Below the pieces are notes generated by a model. That model saw only the letters and a list, made by a program, of their open reading frames with translations, did not search any database and was not told the origin of the DNA. Source: an uncultured Actinomycetes bacterium (lineage in GTDB: Bacteria > Actinomycetota > UBA4738 > HRBIN12). From it: a DNA stretch of 64,000 nucleotides. The translations under genes and the position numbers were made by a program. The stretch spans positions 288,001-352,000 of the forward strand of contig CAVPIB010000001.1 in assembly GCA_963704885.1 (NCBI GenBank), in the 5' to 3' direction. Shown here piece after piece: positions 28,919 to 37,796 of the stretch (its first letter is position 1; each line of letters begins with the position of its first letter).

Positions 28919-28945
28919 CGGGCCCGCCGCGACGCGGCGGGCCCG
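28919..28945 (+). terminator. Perfect 12-bp hairpin after peptide 2
   Basis: CGGGCCCGCCGC-GAC-GCGGCGGGCCCG. Confidence 0.75.
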
Positions 28946-28974
28946 TTGCTTAGGTCTCACTTAGAATCCGGGGC

Positions 28975-29063
28975 GGAGACGTGCCTGAGTGGCCGAAAGG
29001 AGCCGCCTGCTAAGCGGTTAAGGGGGTAACACTCCTTCCCGGGTTCGAATCCCGGCGTCTCCG
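28975..29063 (+). tRNA. tRNA-Ser(GCT)
   Basis: GGAGACG/CGTCTCC acceptor stem, anticodon loop CTGCTAA, long variable arm; upstream TAGAAT. Confidence 0.96.
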
Positions 29064-29117
29064 CCGGTTGGCGACTCAGGTTGAAGTTCTAGGATCGGGT
29101 GTGCCGATAGGTCCAGG

Positions 29118-29720
29118 GTGCGCCGCCGTCTGACCGTCGGGTTGATCCTGGGCCTCCTCGTGTCCTCGCTCGGGGGCAGGGCTCAAGGCGTCCCACCGGC
29201 GGAGGTCCACGTCGATGCGCTCGACGATCACTTCCTGCCGTCCCTGGTTTCGGTCAAGCGAGGTGGGACCGTGGTGTGGGACTTCACTGGGCTTCGCACT
29301 CACTCCGCCACCGACGAGAGCGGCCTCGATCTGTACGACTCGGGTCTGGTGGCCCCAGGTGGTTCGAGCTTCTCGTTCACGTTCGAGTCGGCCGGAACGT
29401 ACCGGTTCGTGTGCACGTTGCATGAGGGGATGGACGGGCGGATCTCGGTGCCGATGCGCGCGTCACCTAAGGAAGGCTCGATCGACGAAACGTTCACCGT
29501 TCGTTGGTCGAAGACCGACGCGTCCCCCGGTTTCGTGTTCGACGTGCGCATCCGCGTGAAGAAGGGCGTTTGGCAGATCTGGCAGGACGGGGTGACGTTC
29601 GCGAACGCCGTGTTCCACCCTGGGGTGGTCGGAAAGGTGCGGTTCGCCGGGAGGCTGCGATCGTTGAGCTCGGGGGCGACATCCGAGTGGTCCGAGCCGA
29701 TCCCGATCCGCGTGCGATAG
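29118..29720 (+). CDS. Secreted cupredoxin (plastocyanin-like) domain protein with a C-terminal beta-rich domain
   Basis: Signal peptide; H in THSAT and type-1 Cu loop CTLHEGM. Confidence 0.8.
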   Translation: MRRRLTVGLILGLLVSSLGGRAQGVPPAEVHVDALDDHFLPSLVSVKRGGTVVWDFTGLRTHSATDESGLDLYDSGLVAPGGSSFSFTFESAGTYRFVCTLHEGMDGRISVPMRASPKEGSIDETFTVRWSKTDASPGFVFDVRIRVKKGVWQIWQDGVTFANAVFHPGVVGKVRFAGRLRSLSSGATSEWSEPIPIRVR

Positions 29721-29753
29721 GCGGGTAGCACGCTTGGGTAGACTGGTCGTCCT

Positions 29754-29826
29754 GCGCCGGTAGCTCAATGGATAGAGCATCTGACTACGGATCAGAAGGT
29801 TGGGGGTTCGACTCCCTCCCGGCGCG
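29754..29826 (+). tRNA. tRNA-Arg(ACG)
   Basis: GCGCCGG/CCGGCGC acceptor stem, TCTGA-CTACGGA-TCAGA anticodon arm. Confidence 0.96.
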
Positions 29827-29868
29827 CAAGGTCTGCTGAGCCGTCACCGCGGTCCGTATGCTCCGCCA

Positions 29869-31149
29869 GTGAACCAGGAGCGGACGTGGATGGGGCGTCT
29901 CGGCATCCTCCGCCCTCTGTCGATCCGGGACTTCCGGTTGTTGTGGACGGGGAGCGCCGTCTCCATGGTGGGCGATGGGATCTACACGCTCGCCATCGCC
30001 TGGCAGGTCTATCAGCTCTCGAACACGCCGACGGCGCTCGCGATGGTCGGACTCGCGTGGAGCCTGCCACAGGTCCTGTTGATGCTCGGCAGCGGCGCCC
30101 TCGCGGACCGAGTCGATCGGCGCCGGCTCATGATCATCGGGGACCTCATCCGCCTGGTCGCGATCTGCACCGTGGGCGCGCTCTCGTTATCCGGAATCCT
30201 GACGATCCCCTTGATGGTCGGGCTCGTCGCGGTCTACGGCGTGGGTCAGGCCATCTTCGGGCCCGCCTTCTCGGCGATAGTGCCGAGCCTCGTTCCGCCG
30301 GACCTTCTCGTTGAGGCGAACTCGCTCGGGCAGTTCGTGCGACCGGTCGCGATGACGCTCGTGGGCCCGGTCGTGGGCGGGATCCTGGTCGGAAGCGTGG
30401 GCCCAGGGTGGGCGTTCATCGTCGACGGCGTCACGTTCGCGTTCTCGGCGTTGATGATCCTCCTCATGCACTTACGGCGCGCCGAGCGTGAGTCTGGGAT
30501 CGAAGCCTCGCTATGGGTGGAAGCTAAGGAGGGCATCCGCTACGTCCGACAACGGACCTGGATCTGGGCCGGGATGCTCGGCGCGTTCATCAGCCTTCTC
30601 TGCGTCTGGGGACCATGGGAGACTCTCGTCCCGTTCGTCGTGAAGAACGATCTGAACGGATCGGCGATCGACCTCGGTTTGGTTTTCGGCGCGGGGGGCG
30701 TGGCGTCCGTCCTCGCGGCGGTCGTCATGGGGCAGGTTGGGCTTCCGAGGAGACCATTGACCCTTCTGTATCTGTCGTGGGCGCTGGGGATGCTCATGAC
30801 GGCCGGGTTCGGCGTGGTCGACACGATCCGGGAGGCCATGGCCGTGGCGTTCGTGGCTGAGGGCTCGATCACGGTGCTCGTCATCGTGTGGGTGACGTTG
30901 GTGCACCGTCTGGTCCCGACAGAACTCCTGGGGCGCGTCTTCAGCCTGGACTGGATGGTCTCGCTCGCGGGCGTCCCGCTCTCGTTCGCCGTCGTGGGCC
31001 CGTTGGCCGGTGCGATCGGAGCCCGCGCCACGTTGGTGGTCGCGGGTGTGCTCGGGGCGGGCGTCACGCTGACGTTCATGTTCATCCCGGGCGCCCGAAG
31101 CCCAGAGCGCGACGGCTCCCTCGACGATCCTTCCCGCGTCGCTGGGTAG
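29869..31149 (+). CDS. MFS transporter
   Basis: About 12 TM; GALADRVDRRRLM motif A; GTG 29869 lies 6 nt after TATGCT. Confidence 0.92.
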   Translation: MNQERTWMGRLGILRPLSIRDFRLLWTGSAVSMVGDGIYTLAIAWQVYQLSNTPTALAMVGLAWSLPQVLLMLGSGALADRVDRRRLMIIGDLIRLVAICTVGALSLSGILTIPLMVGLVAVYGVGQAIFGPAFSAIVPSLVPPDLLVEANSLGQFVRPVAMTLVGPVVGGILVGSVGPGWAFIVDGVTFAFSALMILLMHLRRAERESGIEASLWVEAKEGIRYVRQRTWIWAGMLGAFISLLCVWGPWETLVPFVVKNDLNGSAIDLGLVFGAGGVASVLAAVVMGQVGLPRRPLTLLYLSWALGMLMTAGFGVVDTIREAMAVAFVAEGSITVLVIVWVTLVHRLVPTELLGRVFSLDWMVSLAGVPLSFAVVGPLAGAIGARATLVVAGVLGAGVTLTFMFIPGARSPERDGSLDDPSRVAG

Positions 31150-31158
31150 ACTCGCCCG

Positions 31159-32130
31159 ATGGAGTACACGCATCTCGGGCGACTCGGGCTGGTGGTCAGC
31201 CGTTTGTGCCTGGGCACGATGAACTTCGGGCCGCACGCGTCGGAACCTGACAGCCACGCGATCATGGATGCCGCGATCGCGCACGGCCTCAACTTCTTCG
31301 ACACGGCGAACGTATACGGACGACACCTGGGTGTCGGCGCGACGGAGGAGATCATCGGGCGTTGGATCGCCAAGGGAGGCGGTCGTCGCGAGAAGGTCGT
31401 CCTGGCGACGAAGGTCTACGGGAAGACGGGCGACTGGCCGAACGAGGGCCGTCTGTCGGTGCTCGGGATCCGCAGGGCGTGCGAGGCGTCGTTGAAACGC
31501 CTGCGCACCGACCACATCGACCTGTACCAGATGCACCACATCGACCGCGAGGGATGGTGGGCCGAGATCTGGCAGGCGATGGAGCTGCTGGTGCAGCAGG
31601 GGAAGGTCCTCTATGTCGGATCGAGCAATTTCGCCGGCTGGCACATCGCCAGGGCGAACGAGATCGCGCATGCGCGGAACTTCCTGGGCCTCGCTTCGGA
31701 GCAGAGCATCTACAACCTGAACACGCGCACGATCGAGCTCGAGGTGATCCCGGCCGTGAAGGAGTACGGCATGGGACTGATCCCATACAGCCCGCTCGCG
31801 GGCGGACTGCTCGCGGGTGCACTCTCCAAGGTCACCGAAGGCCGGCGGTCTAGCGAGTACCTACAGGCCGAGATCGAGGAGAACCGTCCGAAGTTGGAAA
31901 GGTGGGAGTCGCTCTGCGCGGAGCTCGGGGAACATCCCGCCGACGTCGCGCTCGCGTGGCTCCTGGCTCAGCCGGCCGTGACGTCCCCGATCATCGGACC
32001 GCGCACGATCCAGCAACTCGAGGAGTCGATGCACGCCATGGAGATCCGCCTGGATGCCGATGTCCTCAGGAAGCTCGACGAGATCTTCCCGGGACCGGGC
32101 GGCGCCGCCCCCGAGGCCTACGCCTGGTAG
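31159..32130 (+). CDS. Aldo/keto reductase
   Basis: LCLGTMNFG, FDTANVYG, LATK, DLYQMH and PYSPLAGG. Confidence 0.94.
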   Translation: MEYTHLGRLGLVVSRLCLGTMNFGPHASEPDSHAIMDAAIAHGLNFFDTANVYGRHLGVGATEEIIGRWIAKGGGRREKVVLATKVYGKTGDWPNEGRLSVLGIRRACEASLKRLRTDHIDLYQMHHIDREGWWAEIWQAMELLVQQGKVLYVGSSNFAGWHIARANEIAHARNFLGLASEQSIYNLNTRTIELEVIPAVKEYGMGLIPYSPLAGGLLAGALSKVTEGRRSSEYLQAEIEENRPKLERWESLCAELGEHPADVALAWLLAQPAVTSPIIGPRTIQQLEESMHAMEIRLDADVLRKLDEIFPGPGGAAPEAYAW

Positions 32131-32912
32131 TCGAACCCCAGGGCCGATTCGATCTCGCGAGCCGCAGCCACGACCGCCGAGGAGTATCGCTTGGCGTCCA
32201 GGCGACGGATACGTGACGTCGGTCCCGATATCGACACGGCAGCGATGACCTCGCCTCGCGGGCCGTGAACGGCGGCGCTCACCGATCCGACGCCGGCTTG
32301 GCGCTCGCCTGCGCTCACCGCCCACCCCTGTCGGCGAGCGGTGGCGATCTGTCTGCGGAGCCGATCTTCGATCGGGGTTGCGGCCGTGAGCGCGCGCGCG
32401 CGGCCGATGTGTTCCTCGGCCTGCTCGGGCAGCATCGCGGCGAGGAACACCTTGCCGGCCGACCCGGCCCAGAGCGGGAGCTCCTCGCCGATCGGCACGA
32501 AAGTACGCAGCTCGCTGGAGGACTCGACGGCGTCGACGCAGACCCGGCCTTCGACCGACGTCACGAAGAGCTGAGCGCTCTCACCGGTCGCCGCGGCCAG
32601 GCGCTCGAGCGCCGGGTGAGCGGCGTCTCGGAGGGAGGGTTCCTGCAAGGAGATCGCCGCGAGCTTCAACAGCCGTGGCCCCAACCGGTAGCCGCGCCCA
32701 CCAACGTTCGCGAGCAGGCCGTGCGCCTCGAGGGACTTCAGCAGTCGGTGGGTTGTGGTGCGAGAAAGGCCCGTGGTTCGTACCACGGTTGCGTGCGTCC
32801 TCGCTCCGTGCTCCACCGCGTCCAGGATCGCGACTGCCCGGTCGATCACGCCGACCTCGGTGTCCACGACCTGGCGCGCCCGGGTCGTGTCTGGTAGGGT
32901 CGTGTTCCGCAT
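32118..32912 (-). CDS. IclR-family regulator (NdgR-like), divergent from leuCD
   Basis: GVIDRAVAIL HTH region, TGESAQL, GSAGKV and AAVSISGP. Confidence 0.9.
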   Translation of the reverse strand: MRNTTLPDTTRARQVVDTEVGVIDRAVAILDAVEHGARTHATVVRTTGLSRTTTHRLLKSLEAHGLLANVGGRGYRLGPRLLKLAAISLQEPSLRDAAHPALERLAAATGESAQLFVTSVEGRVCVDAVESSSELRTFVPIGEELPLWAGSAGKVFLAAMLPEQAEEHIGRARALTAATPIEDRLRRQIATARRQGWAVSAGERQAGVGSVSAAVHGPRGEVIAAVSISGPTSRIRRLDAKRYSSAVVAAAREIESALGFDYQA

Positions 32913-32941
32913 CTCGGTACTGTAGTTCCATATAGCGGAAC
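32904..32941. promoter_or_regulatory. Two imperfect palindromes, candidate IclR operators (GTTCCGCATCTCGGTAC; GTTCCATATAGCGGAAC)
   Basis: GTTCC-N7-GGAAC type dyads between the IclR gene and leuC. Confidence 0.5.
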
Positions 32942-32994
32942 ACGTCAACCGGGCTGGTCGTCGAGCCGACCGGATCATGAGGAGGTCCGTCCCG

Positions 32995-34386
32995 ATGCCG
33001 CAGACGCTGGCCGAGAAGGTCTGGGAACGCCACGTGGTCCATCGGGCCGACGGTGAGCCCGATGTTCTCTACGTCGACCTCCACTTGGTGCACGAGGTGA
33101 CCAGTCCGCAGGCGTTCGACGGACTCCGCCTGCACGGACGCACCGTTCGCCGACCCGACCTCACCGTCGCGACCATGGACCACAACGTTCCGACGACAAC
33201 GGGACCCGTCACCGATCCCGTCTCGAAGCGGCAGATGGACGCGCTTTCGGCCAACGCTGGGGAGTTCGGCATCACGCTGTACCCGATGGGTTCGCCGGGC
33301 CAGGGGATCGTCCACGTGATCGGACCGGAGCAGGGCTACACGCAACCGGGGCTAGTGATCGTCTGCGGTGACTCGCACACCTCGACGCACGGGGCGTTCG
33401 GCGCGCTCGCGTTCGGGATCGGGACCTCGGAGGTCGAACACGTCCTGGCGACACAGACGTTGCCGCAGACCAAGCCGGGGACCATGGCGATCACGGTCGA
33501 TGGAGACCTGCCAAGAGGCGTCGTCGCGAAGGACATCATCCTCGGCATCATCCAGCGGATCGGCACCGGCGGCGGCGTGGGCCACGTCGTGGAGTACCGC
33601 GGTTCCGCCATCCGCGCCCTCTCCATGGAAGGGCGCATGACGATCTGCAACATGTCGATCGAGGCGGGCGCCCGCGCCGGCGTGGTCGCTCCTGACGACA
33701 CCACCTTCGCCTACGTGGAAGGGCGACCTCACGCCCCGACCGGTGGCAACTGGGAGGCCGCGCTCGACGAGTGGCGCGCGTTGGCTACGGACCCCGGAGC
33801 TGAGTTCGATCGCGAGATCACGCTCGACGCGACCGAGCTCCGTCCCTACGTCACCTGGGGCACGAACCCCAGCCAGAGCGTGACCATCGACGACACGGTG
33901 CCCCACCCCGAGGCATTCGACGACGGCGCCAAGCGCGAGGCTGCGGAACGCGCGCTCGCGTACATGGATCTCTCTCCGGGTACGCCCATCCGAGAGATCA
34001 GGCCCGACACGGTCTTCATCGGTTCGTGCACGAATTCGCGGATCGAAGACCTCCGTCTCGCGGCCGCCGTGGTCGGCCGCCGCCGCGTAGCCGACGGTCT
34101 GCGAGCCCTTGTCGTTCCCGGCTCGTTCGCGGTGAAAGAGCAGGCCGAAAGCGAGGGCCTTGACCGGGTGTTCACCGATGCCGGGTTCGAGTGGCGCGGC
34201 GCGGGCTGCTCCATGTGTCTGGGAATGAACCCAGACATCCTGTCGCCGGGGGATCGGAGCGCCAGCACGAGCAACCGCAACTTCGAGGGGCGGCAGGGTA
34301 AGGGCGGTCGGACGCACCTGGTCAGCCCGGCCGTCGCTGCCGCCACCGCGATCGCCGGCCACTTCTGCACCCCGGAGGATCTCTAG
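32995..34386 (+). CDS. leuC: 3-isopropylmalate dehydratase large subunit
   Basis: [34 protein letters not shown] and [12 protein letters not shown]. Confidence 0.97.
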   Translation: MPQTLAEKVWERHVVHRADGEPDVLYVDLHLVHEVTSPQAFDGLRLHGRTVRRPDLTVATMDHNVPTTTGPVTDPVSKRQMDALSANAGEFGITLYPMGSPGQGIVHVIGPEQGYTQPGLVIVCGDSHTSTHGAFGALAFGIGTSEVEHVLATQTLPQTKPGTMAITVDGDLPRGVVAKDIILGIIQRIGTGGGVGHVVEYRGSAIRALSMEGRMTICNMSIEAGARAGVVAPDDTTFAYVEGRPHAPTGGNWEAALDEWRALATDPGAEFDREITLDATELRPYVTWGTNPSQSVTIDDTVPHPEAFDDGAKREAAERALAYMDLSPGTPIREIRPDTVFIGSCTNSRIEDLRLAAAVVGRRRVADGLRALVVPGSFAVKEQAESEGLDRVFTDAGFEWRGAGCSMCLGMNPDILSPGDRSASTSNRNFEGRQGKGGRTHLVSPAVAAATAIAGHFCTPEDL

Positions 34387-34971
34387 ATGGAACCGATCAC
34401 CCTCGTGGACGGCACGGCACTCCCGCTCGACCGCTCAGACGTCGACACCGACCAGATCATCCCGGCCGAGTACCTCAAGCGCGTTGAGCGCACGGGCTTC
34501 GGACCGTTCCTGTTCGCGGAGTGGCGGAAGGACCCGGGTTTCGTGTTGAACGACGTGCGTTACGCGGGCGCGTCGATCCTGTTGGCGGGCGAGAACTTCG
34601 GTTGCGGTTCCAGCCGGGAGCACGCTCCGTGGGCGATCGAGGACGCCGGGTTCAGGGCGATCGTAGCTCCGAGCTTCGCGGACATCTTCCGGAACAACTG
34701 CACCAAGATCGGCTTGCTGCCGGTCGAGCTTCGAGCCGAAAGCGTGCGCGCGTTGATGGACGCGGTGCTCGACGATCCAACGACCCGGATCATCGTCGAC
34801 CTGGATCGGCTCGTGGTGCGGACGCCGGGGATCGACGAGGTGTTCGACATGGAGGCCTACACACGCTGGCGCCTGATGGAAGGGCTCGACGATATCGGGC
34901 TCACTCTCCGTCACGAGGCCGCCATCACCGCGTACGAGTCGACCCGCCAGGACTGGCTCCCGACCGCATAG
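34387..34971 (+). CDS. leuD: 3-isopropylmalate dehydratase small subunit
   Basis: DVDTDQIIPA, NFGCGSSREHA and FADIF. Confidence 0.97.
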   Translation: MEPITLVDGTALPLDRSDVDTDQIIPAEYLKRVERTGFGPFLFAEWRKDPGFVLNDVRYAGASILLAGENFGCGSSREHAPWAIEDAGFRAIVAPSFADIFRNNCTKIGLLPVELRAESVRALMDAVLDDPTTRIIVDLDRLVVRTPGIDEVFDMEAYTRWRLMEGLDDIGLTLRHEAAITAYESTRQDWLPTA

Positions 34972-34977
34972 ATGCCG

Positions 34978-36309
34978 CTAGCGAGGGAGGCCGGCGCGAA
35001 GGATAGCGTCGTCGCGAGCCTCCATCGTTAGCTTCTCGAGCGCGTCGGAGCGACGCACCTGGACCGGCTCCGGATCGATGAGCCGCTTAGCCTCGGCGGG
35101 GAGGGCCGCGACATCCGTTCGGAACAGTGAGCCCATCTCGTCGAGCGACGGGGCAGGCCCGACGCGGGCGCCGCTCCGCATCGCCGGCTCGAGCATCGAT
35201 GCCAAGGACTCGGTCGGCGGCGGTTCATCGCGGAGGGTCAGGATGTCGCCGTCGGGTCCTCGCCATACCTGCTTGGCGCCCGGCGCCGTCTCCTTGCCCG
35301 TCGAGAGCTTGAGCACCGGGCGACCTCCGGTTTCGACCAGCTTGTAGACCGAGTCGATGTAGGGCGCGTCGGCCGAGACCCCCATCTGGGTCCCGATCCC
35401 GAACGCATCGACGGGTGCGCCGTCGCGCACGAGCGTTTCGACCTCCAGCTCGTCCAGGCCCCCGCTCGCGAAGATCTGCGCGCTCTGCAGGCCGGCGTCG
35501 TCGAGCAGTTGCCTCGCCTCCCGCGACAGGTGGTCCAGGTCTCCGCTGTCGAGCCGTACGCCGATCCCATGCGACAGCCCCAGCTCGCGGATCACGTCGA
35601 TCGCTGCGCGAACGCCGTTCAGGGTGTCGTACGTATCCACCAGGAACGTGGTCCGATCCGGGTGATCCTGGGCGAACGCCCGGAAGGCGTCGCTCTCTGT
35701 CGGGAACGCCTCCACGAACGAATGCGCCATCGTCCCCGCCGCTCGCAGTCCGTATCGCCGAGCGGCTTCCACGTTCGATGTGGCATCGAACCCGACGATC
35801 GCGCTCGCGCGAGCCACGGCCATCGCCGCCTCCCGCCCGTGGGTCCTGCGGAACGCGAAGTCCACCAGGCCTCGGTCCGGCGCCGCGATCCGGTACCGCG
35901 CGGCCTTCGACGCGAGCGTGGTGTGGAGCGTCACCTGGTTAAGAAGGAGGGTCTCGACCAGCTGCGCTACGGGCAGGGATGCCGTGATCTCGAGGATCGG
36001 CTCTTCCGCGTGAACGAGCCGGCCCTCGGGGACGGCCCACACGTCGCCGTCGAACCTCACGCCGCGGAACGCTTCGACATCGCGCTCCTCGAAGCCGATC
36101 GTCGGCAGGTACTCGAGGTCCTCCTCGTCGAACCCGAAAGCCTCGAGCGCGTCCAGGCAGGCCTCGAGGCCGGCCGCGACCAGGAACCCGCGGTTCGGCG
36201 GGAGCCTGCGGACGAAGAGGCTGAACGTCGCGGGATCGGTCATCCCACGCCGCAGGTAGCTCGCGGCCATGTTCAGCTCGTAGAGGTCTGTGAGGAGCGC
36301 CCCGGGCAT
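34978..36309 (-). CDS. pncB: Nicotinate phosphoribosyltransferase
   Basis: LLTDLYE, GTMAHS, LVDTYD, VRLDSGD and VYKLVE. Confidence 0.94.
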   Translation of the reverse strand: MPGALLTDLYELNMAASYLRRGMTDPATFSLFVRRLPPNRGFLVAAGLEACLDALEAFGFDEEDLEYLPTIGFEERDVEAFRGVRFDGDVWAVPEGRLVHAEEPILEITASLPVAQLVETLLLNQVTLHTTLASKAARYRIAAPDRGLVDFAFRRTHGREAAMAVARASAIVGFDATSNVEAARRYGLRAAGTMAHSFVEAFPTESDAFRAFAQDHPDRTTFLVDTYDTLNGVRAAIDVIRELGLSHGIGVRLDSGDLDHLSREARQLLDDAGLQSAQIFASGGLDELEVETLVRDGAPVDAFGIGTQMGVSADAPYIDSVYKLVETGGRPVLKLSTGKETAPGAKQVWRGPDGDILTLRDEPPPTESLASMLEPAMRSGARVGPAPSLDEMGSLFRTDVAALPAEAKRLIDPEPVQVRRSDALEKLTMEARDDAILRAGLPR

Positions 36310-36328
36310 GCGCGTAGGCTACACACCG

Positions 36329-36682
36329 ATGCCCGAGGGGAAGTACGACCGGTTCATGGAGCTCGCGGCGGAGGCGGTCGACGGCTTGCCTCCGTGGGTC
36401 CACGAGGTCATGGACAACGTCGAGGTCTTCGTGGAGGATCGCCCACCGGCCGACGAGCCGACGCTACTCGGTCTGTATCACGGGATCCCGCTTTCCGAGC
36501 GAGGCGGGAACTACTCGGGGACGTTGCCCGACCACATCACCCTTTACCGCCTGCCGATCGAACGGCTGGCGCGGGGGAGTGACGATCGGCTCCGCCGGAT
36601 CATCGCTCACACCGTGGCGCACGAGGTGGCGCACCACCTCGGGATCAGCGACGACCGCCTGCGTGAGATCGGAGCGTACTAG
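36329..36682 (+). CDS. Zincin-like metallopeptidase
   Basis: LLGLYHG, PDHITLY and HEVAHHLG. Confidence 0.88.
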   Translation: MPEGKYDRFMELAAEAVDGLPPWVHEVMDNVEVFVEDRPPADEPTLLGLYHGIPLSERGGNYSGTLPDHITLYRLPIERLARGSDDRLRRIIAHTVAHEVAHHLGISDDRLREIGAY

Positions 36683-36685
36683 TCC

Positions 36686-37148
36686 GTGTCGGACTACTCG
36701 GGGCTCGACGAACCGATGATGCGTGCCGCGCTCGAGGCCGCCGCCGAGTGCGATCTCTCGAGCGATGTTCCTGTCGGCGCCGTCGTGGCACGCGGTGCCG
36801 ACGTCCTAAGCGCGGCAGGCAACGCACGCGAACGGCTACGTGATCCCACCGCTCACGCGGAGATCCTGGCGCTGAGAGAGGCCAGCCGCGTCGCTGGGAT
36901 CGTGGCGGCTGGACGGTTGCACGCTGTACATCACGCTCGAGCCGTGCGCCATGTGCGCCGGCGCGATCGTCCTGGCGCGTGTGGACCGAGTGGTGTTCGG
37001 CGCGCCGGATCCGAAGGCGGGGTTCGCGGGTTCGCTCGGCGATCTGTTGCGTGACGGACGCTTGAACCACCGCGCGGAGTTGACCGGCGGCGTGCTAGCG
37101 GATGAGTGCGGCGAGTTGTTGAAGGCCTTCTTCCGGGATAAGCGCTAG
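36686..37148 (+). CDS. tadA: tRNA adenosine(34) deaminase with an apparent 1-nt frameshift near 36897
   Basis: VPVGA and DPTAHAE in one frame; WRLDGCTLYITLEPCAMC and DPKAG in the next. Confidence 0.9.
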
Positions 37149-37534
37149 CGCGCCATGCGTTCGCGGATCGCATCCTGTATGCGGGCGGCCACCTCAGGCA
37201 TCTCGGCGTCCATCGCTTCGAAGTCTCTCGCGAACATCACGATGGCCGTGACCGGAGTGGTGGCCACCACCGACGCCGTCCGGCGATCGTGCTCGACGAT
37301 CGCGATCTCGCCGCAGAAGTCGCCGGGACCCAGGTCCGTGATGTGCTGTCCGTCCTTCGTGATCGAGACCGTGCCTTCCTCGATCACGAAGAACTCGTGC
37401 GGGAAGCGACCTTGATCCATCAGGTGGTATCCGGCCGGCACGTCGACCTCGTCGGCCCATCGCGCGATCCTCTCCAGATCCTTGCGCGACAGGTCGGCGA
37501 AGAGCGGTATCGCCTTCAAGCGCTTCTGGTCCAC
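37145..37534 (-). CDS. Stand-alone cyclic-nucleotide-binding domain protein
   Basis: FFVIEEG, LGPGDFCGEIA and RTASV; GAGGAGG RBS. Confidence 0.88.
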   Translation of the reverse strand: MDQKRLKAIPLFADLSRKDLERIARWADEVDVPAGYHLMDQGRFPHEFFVIEEGTVSITKDGQHITDLGPGDFCGEIAIVEHDRRTASVVATTPVTAIVMFARDFEAMDAEMPEVAARIQDAIRERMAR

Positions 37535-37624
37535 CGAAACCTCCTCTCGTGCGGGTGCATCGTGCCACTTCGACGCGCCCGCCGTCACCTTGGCCCGCCG
37601 AGGTCGGTTGTTAGACTCGGCGAC

Positions 37625-37714
37625 GGAGGCGTGCCGGAGCGGACGAACGGGACCGCCTCGAAAGCGGTTAGGGGTCTAAACCGCCCCTCGCGTGTTCAAA
37701 TCACGCCGCCTCCG
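37625..37714 (+). tRNA. tRNA-Ser(CGA)
   Basis: GGAGGCG/CGCCTCC acceptor stem, ACCGC-CTCGAAA-GCGGT anticodon arm, long variable arm. Confidence 0.95.
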
Positions 37715-37720
37715 CTCTTT

Positions 37721-37745
37721 CGGGCGGGCCCTTCGGGCCCGCCCG
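37721..37745 (+). terminator. Hairpin after tRNA-Ser(CGA)
   Basis: CGGGCGGGCCC-TTC-GGGCCCGCCCG. Confidence 0.7.
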
Positions 37746-37796
37746 TCTGCATCAGATCGGTCTCACGCCAGCCCGCCGCAGATCCCAAGCCGCTGG

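Larger units (their letters stand above)
28381..28945 (+). repeat. Tandem duplication of a promoter-RBS-peptide-hairpin unit (28381-28614 and 28707-28945)
   Basis: Shared blocks GGCGAT(G/A)GATC, CCCTAAAGGTCCGACAG, AAGGAGCA(C/T)GAGTGATGGAACGCCTCA, CTTCTTGATGGC and GGATGGCGGAAC. Confidence 0.9.

Noticed and set aside
28381-28945. CRISPR array, riboswitch or type I toxin-antitoxin reading of the duplicated unit
   Set aside because: Only two long diverged copies, no spacer pattern and no cas genes; conserved blocks map to promoter, SD and ORF. A type I toxin role cannot be fully excluded, but I saw no antisense promoter or SD-sequestering structure
28361-28953. ORF-track frames over the peptide locus (28361-28702, 28489-28878 minus, 28639-28953 including MSDGTPQAD...)
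   Set aside because: The ATG at 28792 is only 1 nt from the SD and is ACG in the other copy; these frames cross the hairpins, whereas the MERL frame has good SD spacing and stops before the hairpin in both copies
7928-37148. Programmed frameshifting or true pseudogenes in hemY, hemL and tadA
   Set aside because: No slippery heptamers seen; the genes are otherwise intact housekeeping genes, so consensus errors are more likely
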